Assembly: GCA_029953675.1 (NCBI GenBank)
Contig: JAMWBK010000003.1
Location: 620,001 to 684,000, forward strand
Length of the DNA: 64,000 nucleotides
Direction: 5' to 3'
From: Rhodosorus marinus CCMP1338
Taxonomy: Eukaryota > Plantae > Rhodophyta
Shown piece by piece: positions 1 to 12,108 of the stretch (the stretch's first letter is position 1; each line of letters opens with the position of its first letter). Under the pieces are notes generated by a model. The model saw only the letters and a list, made by a program, of their open reading frames with translations, was not told the DNA's origin and did no database searches. Made by a program: the position numbers and the translations under genes.

Positions 1-2207
1 AATTCTTGGAATGTCGGACGAGTGCCCCGCATGTGATGTCCGATAATGCAGAATTTCCGCGCACGACCTCCCGCTTGCCCGTGCGCTCGTGAATGCTAGT
101 CATCGACCACTACGACAGTTCATATACGTAGACATAGTGTTTGCCGGTGCGGTGACTTCGGACCATGATTTCCGTACGCAGCCGACTTCCTGTTAGAAAA
201 AATGCTCAGGTTCCTCGTGAACACCGCGTAGGTTCCAGTTGCGGAGGTGTGCCCCGCTAGCTCGTCTCTGAGGTATTTGTATCTGAGGGTTCAGTTTCCA
301 GTAGACGATCAGTGATGGGAAGGTAAATTCCGAATGCAGGAGCCCGCACCCAATCCTGAGATGAGCGTAAACGCGGCCGAAAATCGTCGGGGATGTCACA
401 ATTGTCCACAAGAGCGGCAAAAGCAAGCTGGGATTCTCGTGGTAGAGTATGTGTTGTAATTGACCAGGGGAGCTGGAATTCTGAGGACTCATCGGAGACC
501 ACCGCATTAGAACCACTGTTATGCCATCCGGCGAGGTTCCGAACCCGAGGCAACGCACATACGCCAGTTCTCGTATTCGTATTGTTACGTTGAATAACTG
601 CACGGCCTAGTTGTCGAGCGCAGAAATTCAGCTGAATCGCATTTCACGTGAGGGGGGGGGGGGTATACTCGTTCGACATTCCAAGCCTAAACGAGAGAGA
701 AACTCACATTGCTGTGAATAGATCGAGCCTCTGCAGGACCCTATTGCCCACCGATGCTCATTCTACCCTTCGCTATTTCCCAATAATTCAGAAGAAAAAA
801 AGCCCTATCCTCCGGGGCGTCTAGCGCAGCGCTAATGGACCTGCAATTCAGCGCTGGTTCTGGATAGCTCCAGGGAGCCGAAGCTCAGTCCCACAACTTC
901 CTTGCCCAGCGCCAAGAATCCATTGGAAACCAGTGCCAAGTTGCAATAACATAGTGGTTTTGTTAAAAACGAAGTCAAAGCTCAGAATATGCCGACCTCG
1001 CCGTTGTTTGCCCAATGTCAAGTACCTATCTCCGACCTGCCCGCCCTACGCCGGGGTGCAGCAGCTGCTGTTCTCCGCCAGCAGGAGCGCCGGTACGCTG
1101 AGAGTACGGCCAGCCTCCTTTCTGCTGAGAACCTGGCAAAGGTTTCAATCTTTCGTCGTGGAAAGCATTGATCATCTGGAACAGTTAAAATTGGAGTGGC
1201 TTCAAAAAAAAATTCACTGACCGTCCCGTCGAGGATCTTCTCCTCCGACGACGGCCGGCCCAGTGTCCCTTATGCGATGTTCCAAGCATCTTGCTAGCCG
1301 AGGCTCGATTTCGTGGCCTTGGCTTACACACGCTCGTTCCTCGTTCCTATTTGTATTACGCACTGCGTAGCGCTTAAGGATGTGTTAGTAAAACCACCAG
1401 TAACCACCAAACCTTTACCTGTTAAGATCCAACTGCTTAACAGAAGACGCCACGGAATATTGTTTTCTAAAAACTTAATAGGCGACGCTCTCGCATCACT
1501 TTCAGCCAACAACTTTCCTATTGAAAAACAGCATCTCAAAATAGTATTTTGGAATAAAACAATCAGGCTTTGTATGCTTCCAGAATTTTTTTTTTTTGGC
1601 ATATGCCCAAAAAAATGGCGATCCCCACCATCCGGATTATTTTCTGTGGGTAATCTGCTATTAGATCCAATTCGAAAGGGACTTGCTACTTTCTAGAAAC
1701 CATTTTAATTGGTATATCAAACCAGGCCAGGGAACCGAGCGAAAGCTCTATATTCCCCTTGGGCTCCCCCTAACAATAGCCCCCCGGGCGGCATACCGCA
1801 AGACCGTAGCCGGAATCACAATAGGAAGCTGAAACAGGCTAAGCGGAGCCATGATACTCAGCATCCCCCACGGAATATCTATCCCGGCATATCGGGTTTA
1901 CTAAACTTGGGTCAGAAGACTGCGCTTTAGTAAATTTTCCGGGCTTAAATCGAGAGCAAATTCAGCTGTTATCAAGATCCTCATTCTGGATAGAAGGCCA
2001 GACACACACGCACAGCTCCCTATCACTTTTTCTAGCCCTTTTCAAATCTGAGGGGCGTGTCCGGTTTGGTTTTCTCTGGCAAACAAAAAACTCGTCTGAA
2101 CGAACACAACCCATCGCGCACACCACAGATGACAAAGTCAGGTGGATACAACCATACGCAGAAGCCGTTGTCCACGGAGTGCGGAGATCATCAAAAATTC
2201 GCTGTAG

Positions 2208-3508
2208 GTTTATTTTAGCCGGATGGGCCGAACAAATCCGAGCATCCTCCATAGTTTTGGGTGGGTTAGTCTGAGGCAGTAACCGACTCCACGCCAAAGA
2301 CAAACGGACCCCGCCCCTACCACACAAGGAGAACCACTTCGCCTCCGCCCGCTCGGGATTCCTGAAGTGCTGAGGAAAGCTGTGACCCAGGTGGGCACTT
2401 CACGCAGTCAACCAGCCCCTTCGCGACTTTCTCTGCTGAGATACTCGGCATTTCGGTTAGCGGTGGATGCGAACATGTCTGACATTGCGGAAGCTCACCT
2501 TGCAGCAAGACCGGATGACGTCGTCCTAAAGCTCGACTTGGAGAATACCTTCAATCTCATCGACATAGGCATTGCGAACCGGATCGTCGAACACGCTTTC
2601 CCTGAACTCCGGCAGCTGATGACACTCGGCTATGGGCTCAACGGCGAAAGTGCCCACCACCAATTCGGCCGGTATGACCAGAACGTCGAGGACTGGCTGC
2701 AGCTACGGGCCTGCACTGGCGTCCAGCAAGGCGACCCACTTGGACCCGCCCTGCACGCGCTGGCCTTGTCCCCGCTTCTCGAGCACTCCGCGATCGGTAC
2801 CCATCCCTCACGCTTACAGCGATACACGACGACATCACCATACTAGGCCCCCTACCAAAATTGATGGTACGTGACGTCATCCTTGTGACGTCATCCTTGT
2901 TCAATTCAGCAGATTGTCAAAAATTGAGAACTTCTGAATCGAACTAGTGAACGGGAAAGACTTGGAAGCTGGTGATGATGCTTCTAAAACAGGAAAAACA
3001 TGTTCGAGCTAGTGGGTTTGGAGTGGCCTCCAGTTCCATCCAACAACGGCTTTGTTGTCGATTCCTCAGGTACCTGGCTCCTCCTTCTTCCAAAATCTTA
3101 TTAGTCATCCATAAATCAGGTACAGGGTTGTGCGCTGGATGTGGAGGTCACCCCATACCCACTAGCTCGCACAGGTTTTTCCTGTTTTGGAAGGGTCATC
3201 ACCAGCTTCCAAGCCTTTCCCGTTCACTAGTTTGTTCGATTCAGAAAGTTCTGGGATTTTTTGACAATGTGCTGAATTGAACAAGAATGACGTTACATAG
3301 ACCATCAATTTGGGCGTGTCCGTCTGTTGAAAGGAAGTGTGATGGAAGTGGCGGAAATTGTTTCCGCAATACCATCTTTCGTCATCATAATGTGTTCCAG
3401 TACTTGTCGGTGCGTGCTTTGAACAGCAAGTGCTGCGTAGCCCAGACTAACGTACCCCATACTATGGAGGATGCTCGGTTTTATTCAGCCCCATCCGGCA
3501 AAAAAAAA
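2208..3508. mobile_element. Non-autonomous foldback / long-TIR DNA element (relic) with an internal RT insert
   Basis: Outer inverted repeats at 2208-2273 and 3443-3508 (~66 bp, roughly 83% identical by eye, e.g. ACTATGGAGGATGCTCGG). Inner inverted arms at ~2855-3037 and ~3137-3313 (e.g. CTTGTTCAATTCAGCA / TGCTGAATTGAACAAG and ACTAGTGAACGGGAAAG / CTTTCCCGTTCACTAGT) around a ~100-bp spacer. No transposase ORF. Confidence 0.75.
2323..2870 (+). pseudogene. Frameshifted reverse-transcriptase fragment of a non-LTR retrotransposon (CRE/SLACS-like)
   Basis: RT motifs in order across frames: RPLGIPEVLRK (from 2346), LGISVSGGCEHV (shifted frame), VLKLDLENTFN, GVQQGDPLGPALHALAL, then after a frameshift LTAIHDDITILGP (YxDD-box equivalent, ~2815-2850). 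Truncated at both ends. Confidence 0.85.
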
Positions 3509-4323
3509 GCTGTCATGGAATACGGAGAAAAAAGAGAAGCACTCGCCTTGCAGAGTCCTGTCGTGCCATGGCAGGGAAGATATACCCATATCCAGTAAAC
3601 CGCGCTTGCAACAACTCGATTCTATCATCGATATAGCAACAAGAAGATATCTGACTTCACTTCGCTCTCCAAATTCCGGCACAGGGTCGTCTGACGTCTG
3701 TTCAATTTCTATCACTATCTAGTTTTTTCTCAGAGCAAATGCCTCTGTAAGGGAAATAGATTCAGCCGAGAACACCGTTCAAGGTAGTCTTGTTCCTATG
3801 TCTTTTGATTATGGAATGATGAGGCAGCTTGGCTAGTCATCACTTGAATGTACCTGCCAGAAGGCGATGCTGAGCCTGCTTTGATTCGAGAGAGCTATAC
3901 GGTTTCTTGTTTAGCAGCCGCACCGCGGACCAGTGTGTTGCCGGGCAGCTTCGGCGAAGATTTTGACAAAATTCAAAACGATGCGCCCTGCAGCTTGTAT
4001 GGCGGTGACTGCTACTCTGAGACAGTCCCAAGCGCGTTCAGTTCTTGTTGACCATCGGCTTCGTTGCCAAGGGTTCCTCAGAAAGAACGACCACCTTTTG
4101 TCCGGTGCTCAACAGACTGAGGGATATTGATGTCATGTGCCGAATTGCTCGTCCTACATATTCACTGCTTGAGAAGTCTTCAGGAACCTCTTTTCGCTTT
4201 GGAATGACAAGCGTACAATTTCTTGGAGGCCTGCGTTACAAGGGTGTGTCCAGACTCACTTCTACTGCATCCGAACATGACATCAGGGACACAGAGTCCT
4301 CCCCGATTTTACTTTGGCGAGTT

Positions 4324-4481
4324 GTGAACGGTTGCGCATCGGACTGTCGTGGAGCCGGGCTTGGGTATCCAACCCGTGCTATTCCCAGGGAAAGAAAATA
4401 ATCTGAAGCGACGGAATAGCCAGAATATGCGTGAGGAAGCCCCGTTTTACCTTTGCCGAGTGTGAATGGTTGTGCATCGGA
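4324..4481 (+). repeat. 20-bp imperfect direct repeat pair
   Basis: GTGAACGGTTGCGCATCGGA (4324-4343) and GTGAATGGTTGTGCATCGGA (4462-4481), 18/20 identical. Confidence 0.6.
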
Positions 4482-6314
4482 GAATCTTTGAGACAGGTTG
4501 CGTTTCCAACCACATGCTGTTCCCGCGGAAAGCAAAAGAACCTGAATCAACTCGAGAGTCCACGAGTAGCAAGGATGTGCACTGTGGAAGACTTGGTTTT
4601 TTTGGGGACATGTATGAATATGAGTAAATATATATATATATTTATATATGTAGTCCAGTCGAGTTTCTCGCTCCCCTTGCCCCGTTTGTGTGCCGTTCGT
4701 TGCTCTTCGCTCCGGTCTGCTTGCAAAGATACGCCTTGCGCACGGACCAATTTCCATCTGCGGTCCTGCCTCGGTTTTCCAGCTAGACAGCATAGGACCG
4801 AGGGAGTTTCGAAAGTATTAGTTTTCCTTGTCCAAAACGAATACTGGTGTTGGATCCCCGATCCTTGAATAAATATTAAAGGACTAGTCATCGTTAGATG
4901 CTGACAATGGATTTATGTACTGTCTTTATGGAAGTATCCAATTCATATTACCAGACCACCACATCCAACCAAGTTACAGTTCCTGTAAGAAAATAGATTG
5001 CTCGGACGCTGCCCCACAGCGATGGAATCTGACCTTTACCAAAGTATTTACGAAAAAAATAAGTCTACCAGAATAAGGCCAAGCGCAGAACTCCAGAAAA
5101 CCGACAATGTATACTAAATATATGCTGAAACCAAAAATTGCATTATCATCTAAAATACCTTATGTTTGCTGTTGAACGCGATAAAGTAAATGACTTTTAG
5201 CAAATTCTGGTGAGTTTCGTTTTGAAAGGCTATTGTTGATTGGTTGGAGTCGAAAATCCTCTGATGACGTGTCTTCATCGTGTGGAGATCATTGAAAATC
5301 GTGTTAGCACGTCCAGCTACCCCCCCCCCCATCATCACCCCCTAAGAAAGGGAACCCGATATATTTTATTTAAAAAAGTTGATCCTCCCCAAGGCCAACC
5401 AAAAAGAAACTGTAGAACCAAGAAAAAAAAAGTCGACCCGCCATTAGGAAATATTTTCACATTAAAAAAATCGTTCTATTAAAAGACGATGAGCGCTTTT
5501 CAACATTTTTCCTATTTTTTCGCAACCTTCGTTTGTTATCGGGCTCGACGATGAACTTCAACCTCTGCTCAGTTGCGGCTTGCCTTTAAGAGTCACTATG
5601 CTTTAGGTGGGGGTTTGTCAGTTGGATGCCTCTGATGACTTGTTTTTTTTTTTTGGGGGGGAAGGAACCCGTTTAGCATTTGACTGGGGCCGACAAGAAA
5701 AAATCTATCTTGGAAGCTTGCAAGCGCCAACAGTTTCCAAAATGCTATTGTTCGAGATGCGTTGCTAAATTTTGTCAAGTAGCGGTTCTCCCTAAGGAGA
5801 GTATTGGGAGTTCCGATCCGAAGGCATCGTGTCATCAGCATCGTGCATCAGCATCGTGGTCATCGCGTTATTCACTATACCATCCTGCTCAGTGTTCACA
5901 GCCCACTCCGGGTATCACCCACGTTCCGTTGCTCAGGACTGTCTCGGTTCGATTGTGTCGTCGATGTGGCCAGTAACAGTAGTCATTCGGTATCGGTTCC
6001 ACTAGCCACAGAGTTTGCGTCTCTGAACTGGCCCTAGGCAACAGCGGAATAGCATAGATGGTTGTCCTTCCCACCTTGAGTCAATCAAGGACTGACAGAG
6101 GAAAACGCAAACCCCTCTCCAGAATATCAAGGCCTACGGAGAAAGCAGGCTATCTAGACGTGTAGGTGTAGGCTGGGTAGGCTCTAGAATATTCTCAAGC
6201 GGATGAACTCCGATGGGTGAACACCCAGCGCGAGAGACGCACCAATCTAGGTTCAAGGGCTTCGTCAAGGAAACAATCCAGAACGGGAAACGAGAAAATT
6301 GCGGCACGGCAAGC

Positions 6315-6661
6315 AAGTGTCAAGGCGTTGTCACAAGAGAGCCCAAGTGTTTCATGATAAATTTTAGTCATATATAACTCCGCTTATAAGTAGCAACCTA
6401 TGAAATCCTCATGTTTTTCCATTCTACCAATTGCAGAGCTGCTGAAAATTATCCCCCAGACGCTCGGCAACAAGGACGTTGACCTCAACAAAAAGAGTAA
6501 TTGTTTCCCGATAAATGGCGAGCCTATTCGAACGCGAAAATCCAGTTCGGCCAGAGCAAATTAGGGAAAACAGCATTGCCCGAGGGCTCTCCACTTTCTG
6601 CTCGGACTCCAAGTGTCAAGCCCGCTGTCACTCGAGAGTGACTGTTTCATCATTAAGTTTT
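6315..6661 (+). repeat. ~50-bp degenerate direct repeat pair
   Basis: AAGTGTCAAGGCGTTGTCACAAGAGAG...TGTTTCATGATAAATTTT (6315-6365) versus AAGTGTCAAGCCCGCTGTCACTCGAGAG...TGTTTCATCATTAAGTTTT (6611-6661). Confidence 0.5.
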
Positions 6662-8965
6662 GAGAGGTACTGGGGGTTGACATGGATGCTTATGGAAAAA
6701 GAATGAAATTCCATTCATAATTCAGCGTGTTAGCTCAGCCCCGTCCAACGTATCTCTGGCGCGAGGATAGATAAAGAATAGCTCAAAACACAATAGATTG
6801 CATCCAAACGCATCGGCCAATTTTGGAGCCATGGCGAACTCCGTGAATTAAATTTTTGAGGAGCTGGCTCGTTTTAGAATGTAGAAGGGGGTTAGTGAAT
6901 CAAAAATCTCTAGAAAGAATGAAAATTTTGCTATCACCGAGTTGTTCGCGATGCCTTCATTGGAGGGCTGGAGGGATAGGTCAGCCTCAACGCTGCATGG
7001 GATTCCCCTCGAGCCGGGAGAGCAAAAATTTAGCTGTAAAGATATATTCCTGCTCTTTCTCGTGTTCCGTTCTTATTTCAAAGCGGTGATTGTGACTAAG
7101 AATTTCTAAGGATTTTATAGCTTCGACAATGACCAATAATTTCACAGTTTCAAAGCGACAGGCGCTTTCGAGCCAACCTCGTCTTTTCCTCGCTGGGCAA
7201 TGTTGAGTAAGTTTGTTGCAGGTAGTGTTTTTCCGGGTTGGGGCTAGGACACGCTCGCCGACACAAACCTCCGTTTGGGGGCGGTGATGGCATATTACAT
7301 TGGGGGACGGAAGCTGATTAAATGGGCTGAATTGGATAGATGCGTGTTCCATATTTCCTCTAGAATCCTTACCAGTGAGGGATGTCCGGACCTGGAAAAG
7401 GCAGTGGAGCTTGAGCTGCCTGCTAGTAAAACAGTCCGCTTCTTGTTGAAGAAAAAAGACATGCTGAGAGCTATAGTAAGATGACCAGATGCATTGGGTA
7501 TCGCGCTTCCTCGGGGGCTTGCGAAGTTGATGATCCCACCACCTACCCCCCCCAGCGGCTCGTGTGGACAGATAGAGCGGGTAAATCAATTTCGAAAATG
7601 ATTCTCTGTTCAGGCTATTATTTTTGAAATTGTTTTTTTCCCTCCTCGGTCGCTATTCGATATTTCCATACTTGCTTCATGGTCCATAACACGCGGATTG
7701 AGGGTGAAGGTCAACTCTTTCCGTATTGAAAATGGCTAGTTTCCGCACAATGAACCATCAATCCCAATCCCTTCCAAACAATATGAGCAGTTGCGTCAAA
7801 AAATACTCAGAAGATCAAAGATAATAAGGTTTTCGAGCAGAAAACAAATGTCGCTCGCCCCGTAAATCCAATTTCCGTCGACCTCGTCCCGTTGTCCAGA
7901 GCGACGGAATTTGTAGTTGCCGGGTGTCGGCCGGTTGGAACACGACCCGAGCGCAACCGCGTTGAATTTCTACCCAACGGAAATTTTTGAGCATGTTTTG
8001 TTTTTAATTTTTCCTTACTCACTGAGCCACCAGTGGCTTCTCGACCCCTTCAGCTCACTTTTTTTTCCTTCCAAAAACCTCACCGGGGTCACTTCCCCTC
8101 CCCACCTCTTGGGATTCTAGTTGGAAAAATAATAAAAAATCCTGAACAGACAGGATGGCTCGAAAGGTGATAGTTTTTCCTTTCCTCTTTTTTGTTGTGT
8201 TCAGTTCCATATTTTAGTATAGATATTGTGCTACTTAGCTAAGCCTGTTGGGGGCTCCTCCACTCGCGGGAGAACCCCCGAGAGCGCAGGGGAGCGAGGG
8301 AGACCTTTTTTTGTTACATAAAAAATCGCAAAGGAGGACTCTGTGAATATGTAACGATTGTTTATTAGTTATTTCTTATGTAACCTGCCTCCCACCCGCC
8401 GAATGAAGGGGTTGATAAGAAAACGGCAATTTTCTTTTGTTTTTATATATGACCTGTTTGGGAGCCCGAGGGGGAAGGGTAAAAGCCTCAACAGCAATAC
8501 ATCCAGTTTGGAACCCGATTCGCATAAATAGGATTAGATTAAATAAGCGAATGAATTTTGGATTTAAGATTGTAATTTGTTTTTAAATTTCTGCATATGT
8601 AATAGCGAGGGATAAATCTGCTAGGTTGTGACAAAATCGAGGAAGAAGTTTTCGTTTTTCTACTATTGAGTGCATTCGCAAGACTCTCCTTCTGCTTTAC
8701 TGCAAACCTGAAAGGGAGGGGGGGTAAGGTGATCTTTTGCTGGATGTTTTGGCCTTTTAAGCGGACTGTTGAGTTTAATTTGAAAGCTTTTAATGACCTC
8801 CTGCTAAGTGGGGACGAGGAAGGAGGATAAGCTGTGGAGCGGGTGCCGGGTTGAGAAGGCTTGCGCAGGTTGGCTCCCTAGTTGTGTCTTGTGGGACGTG
8901 CTTAGACCCGCGTATCGCGGTGCTGTCTTTAGCCTTTGACTGTTTTGTTTTGGATGTATTCTGAA

Positions 8966-9481
8966 ATGAGTTCAGTGGAATCCCTTCCGAAGGCTGAGGG
9001 AAAGTACGTCTGCCGCTTTCCGAAATGCGGGAAGAGGTTCATGCGGAATTACAATGTGCAGGTACACATGCGGACGCATACTGGAGAGCAGCCCTTTTTG
9101 TGTCCGTATCCAAAGTGTGAGCAGACTTTTAGATGGCGTTCGACGTTGAGAGCGCACTACTCGTATGAACATAGGATGGACTTGCAGAGCACGAAGAAGT
9201 GCTTGGTGAATGGTAATGGCAGCACCAGCGATAAGTCCAGATCTGGAAGTGGTGAGGAGGGAATGAGTTCGAGGAGCGACGAACATCGAGAGGAAACCTT
9301 GGGAGCCCTTGACTCGGCCGGGTTTTATACTCAGTTCGTTTTCCGGGATAAGTTGAAGCCCGAGGATCTCCCTGAAGGGAAATCATTGATTCGGTGCACG
9401 GAGGAAGGCTGTGACAGTTATTTCAATTACATGCGATCGCTAGAACTACATTTGCGAGAGCACAAGAATCAGCAGCGCTAG
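8966..9481 (+). CDS. C2H2 zinc-finger transcription factor (three fingers)
   Basis: CRFPKCGKRF...HMRTH, TGEQPF linker, CPYPKCEQTF...HYSYEH, and a distal CTEEGCDSYF...HLREH. ATG at 8966 (alternative 8954). Confidence 0.9.
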   Translation: MSSVESLPKAEGKYVCRFPKCGKRFMRNYNVQVHMRTHTGEQPFLCPYPKCEQTFRWRSTLRAHYSYEHRMDLQSTKKCLVNGNGSTSDKSRSGSGEEGMSSRSDEHREETLGALDSAGFYTQFVFRDKLKPEDLPEGKSLIRCTEEGCDSYFNYMRSLELHLREHKNQQR

Positions 9482-10650
9482 GTCTGTGAATCTGTTGCGA
9501 TCCCAAGCGGAGCTTTTTTTCGTCCTTTGATTGCGCCGTATATATTATTCTAATCCTGTTCTTTAATATTGAAGTCTATATAATTATCTCGAAACTACCC
9601 GTCCCAAGCGTCTGACCCCTCGCGATGCCTTCTCGCATCAACGGCAAACTCGAACGCACCGGAGCTGCCGACCGAAGGGTATGATCGTGACTTACCAGTC
9701 AAATGCAGACTCAACAGTGGGTTCTTCTTACCACCTAAGCGATTAGATGAAAAATCTCGCTCCGGCCTAGTTCTAGGGGACGATGGGAAGCGTCTTCTGA
9801 CTCTGGCAGCTATGGTTTCGTTGGATCAGCTATCCTATCAACAACAAGTTGGTGTCCTATGACAGAGCAGGTCATGTCAACCACCCGCCAGTCATAGATA
9901 AACTAAAAGAGAGTCGTTAGCAACGACATCACGGACTTGCCATCAGGCCTCTTCTAGGACACAACATAGCAAGCTGGATCCGTGCTTGTATGCGCCTTCC
10001 GGTCCAGCGCTCTGCTTGTGAGTTCTGTTCGGTGGTCCTCGGTCCAAACTAAATGACAAACGACAGCAAGGTGGGACAGCTTGTCCAGTCAAATTCCATA
10101 GAAAATCCAAGCCGTGGTACAATGATGCTACTATATTGTACTAACCAAGGTGTAGCTGGTGACAGGAATTTCTACTTTCCTTTGAGTGAGGTTCTGCTGC
10201 TAACAAAAGTATACACCGTTGACACGGTTCATCTTAGGATCGGAAGTTCGAAGAGCTACGAACTGCACTAGGTAGCAGATAAGATCATAGATCAAATTCG
10301 AGCTGCTGGGCCAGTGGTTGAATTACGATGCCTGTTCCAGCCAGCCTTTGGTTGCGAGCGGGTGGCAGATCAAGCGCTACTGTATGCTGCATGAAGCATG
10401 ATAACAACTTGGACGAGAAGAACATGTCGTAATCCGATCCAAACGTTTTTGATTTTTTCCTCCTTGAATTCGGGAGCACCTCCGCTTGCCGCACCGAAGG
10501 TACGACACGAGGTAGCTCCTTCAAAGAAACGTGCGGTGAGAAAAATGCATGTTGAGCTCGTCGTCGTGCTCTAGCGAGCCTGTGCTCGAACTAGCGTGAC
10601 AACTTGAAGGGTTGAGGAACTTCTTTGTTTAGTATTGGTGGCCAGGAACA

Positions 10651-12108
10651 ATGGAGAAAGAGCGGTTTGAATGGCTCTCCCTGGCGAGGCATATGGCTGC
10701 AGAGGCTGGTGTTTTGATCCGCTCGGCATCGGAGTCCGCGAGGAGCGAAGGAGTGGGAAAGGAAAAAAGCTGCTCCGTGGATTTGGTTACTGAGTATGAC
10801 CGGCAGGCTGAGGATATTATTCTCTCCAAAATCAGGGATCGGTATCCTGATCATGGTATAATATCAGAGGAGTCGAATCCAAAGGGAGAACTCAAGAAAG
10901 TTACCTGGGTTGTGGATCCAATCGACGGAACAACAAACTTCATCGCCGGGCTTCCTGAAGTTGCCGTATCCATTGGAATCATCGTCGATGGGAAGCCGGA
11001 AGTGGGCGTTGTTTATAATCCAATCAGGAATGAAATCTTCCATGCGGTTCGTGGGTGTGGAGCTTTTTTGGATGATCGACCGATCCGTGTCAACGAAGGA
11101 ATTACGTTGTCGCAGTAAGTCATAAGCCCTTCCCCTCTCTCGATCGCATTCATTCGCCTCATCCGTGCTGGCTTTGGTGTAACTCTCGTTCGAGCGTGGG
11201 TCGTAACATTGGTCGTAACATTGGTCGTAACATTGATCGTAACACTGGTAGTAACATTGGTCGTAACATTGGTCGTAACATTGATCGCAACATTGGTCGT
11301 AACATTGGTCGTAACATTGGTCGTAACATTGGTCGTAACATTGGTCGTAACATTGGTCGTAACATTGGTCGTAACATTGGTCGTAACATTGGTCGTAACA
11401 TTGGTCGTAACATTGGTCGTAGCATTGGTCGAAGCATGGGTCGTAATTTTTGATCGGAGATTCGTTGCAACGTAGCTGATCCATCCGGCGGAGTTGTTGG
11501 CAGCCAGCTTCCTTTTGAGTTTCGGCTGAACTGGACCGGAATAGAAACCATCCCCACCTCACACACCCAACTACTTTTGAGAATCGATCAACTCATTCGA
11601 AGCGGCTATCCTGATTTCACCTCGCGTCTAAAACCTCCTTCCTCTCAGGGCGATTGTCTGTGTTGAATTCGGTTACGTAAGAACGAACGAGGGAGCTGTT
11701 ACTATGCTTGAACCCGTAAGAAAACTTTTGAACAGGTCTGTAAGGACGATTAGAATGATTGGCAGTGGAGCCCTCGACCTGTGTTTCGTCGCTTGCGGTC
11801 GGTTGGATGCGGTCTATGCGGGTATTGCCGGAGAGGGGTAAGCTAACATAACCTATCTGCAAATGTAGCTCACACTTTTTTGTATTGTGCGAAAAACTGA
11901 AGAAGCAACCTACGTCTCAATGTTTTCTTTTGGTAGCTGGTACCCTTGGGACTACGCGGCTGGTGGGTTGATAGCAGAAGAGGCAGGAGCGAAGCTGTGT
12001 AAGGTAGACGGTTCAGAGTTTTCAATTTTCGGTGATAGCGTCGTCTGTTCATCGCCATCAATTGTCGGTGATATCCTCGAGGTTATAAAGCCGGAATCTC
12101 AAAGCTGA
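10651..12108 (+). CDS. IMPA: Inositol monophosphatase family protein, 3 exons (10651-11114, 11649-11837, 11937-12108)
   Basis: DLVTEYD, ISEES, WVVDPIDGTTNF, R-x-IGSGALDLCFVACG and WDYAAG motifs. GT-AG introns with consistent phases. Confidence 0.93.
11199..11450 (+). repeat. Minisatellite (GGTCGTAACATT)x~21 inside IMPase intron 1
   Basis: 21 consecutive 12-bp units counted. Units 9-18 are perfect; variants lie mainly toward the edges. Confidence 0.97.

Noticed and set aside
193-603. Minus-strand ORFs at the left edge
   Set aside because: No identifiable domain. Could be an exon or TE debris extending outside the window.
5700-5841. Weak resemblance of RIGTPNTLLRENRYLTKF to a Ty3/gypsy integrase core
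   Set aside because: No D,D35E spacing, HHCC motif, adjacent RT/RNase H or LTRs visible.
9590-10560. Possible spliced minus-strand gene between the zinc-finger gene and IMPase
   Set aside because: A branch/acceptor-like CTAAC...TCTTTTAG (9920-9903) and a ~70-codon open frame exist, but I could not build a phase-consistent model or recognise a domain.
10864-11566. (CYDQ)n, (LRPM)n, (GRNI)n and (VVTL)n ORFs as real proteins
   Set aside because: Explained by the 12-bp repeat inside an IMPase intron. The minus-strand ORF also overlaps IMPase exon 1 in antisense.
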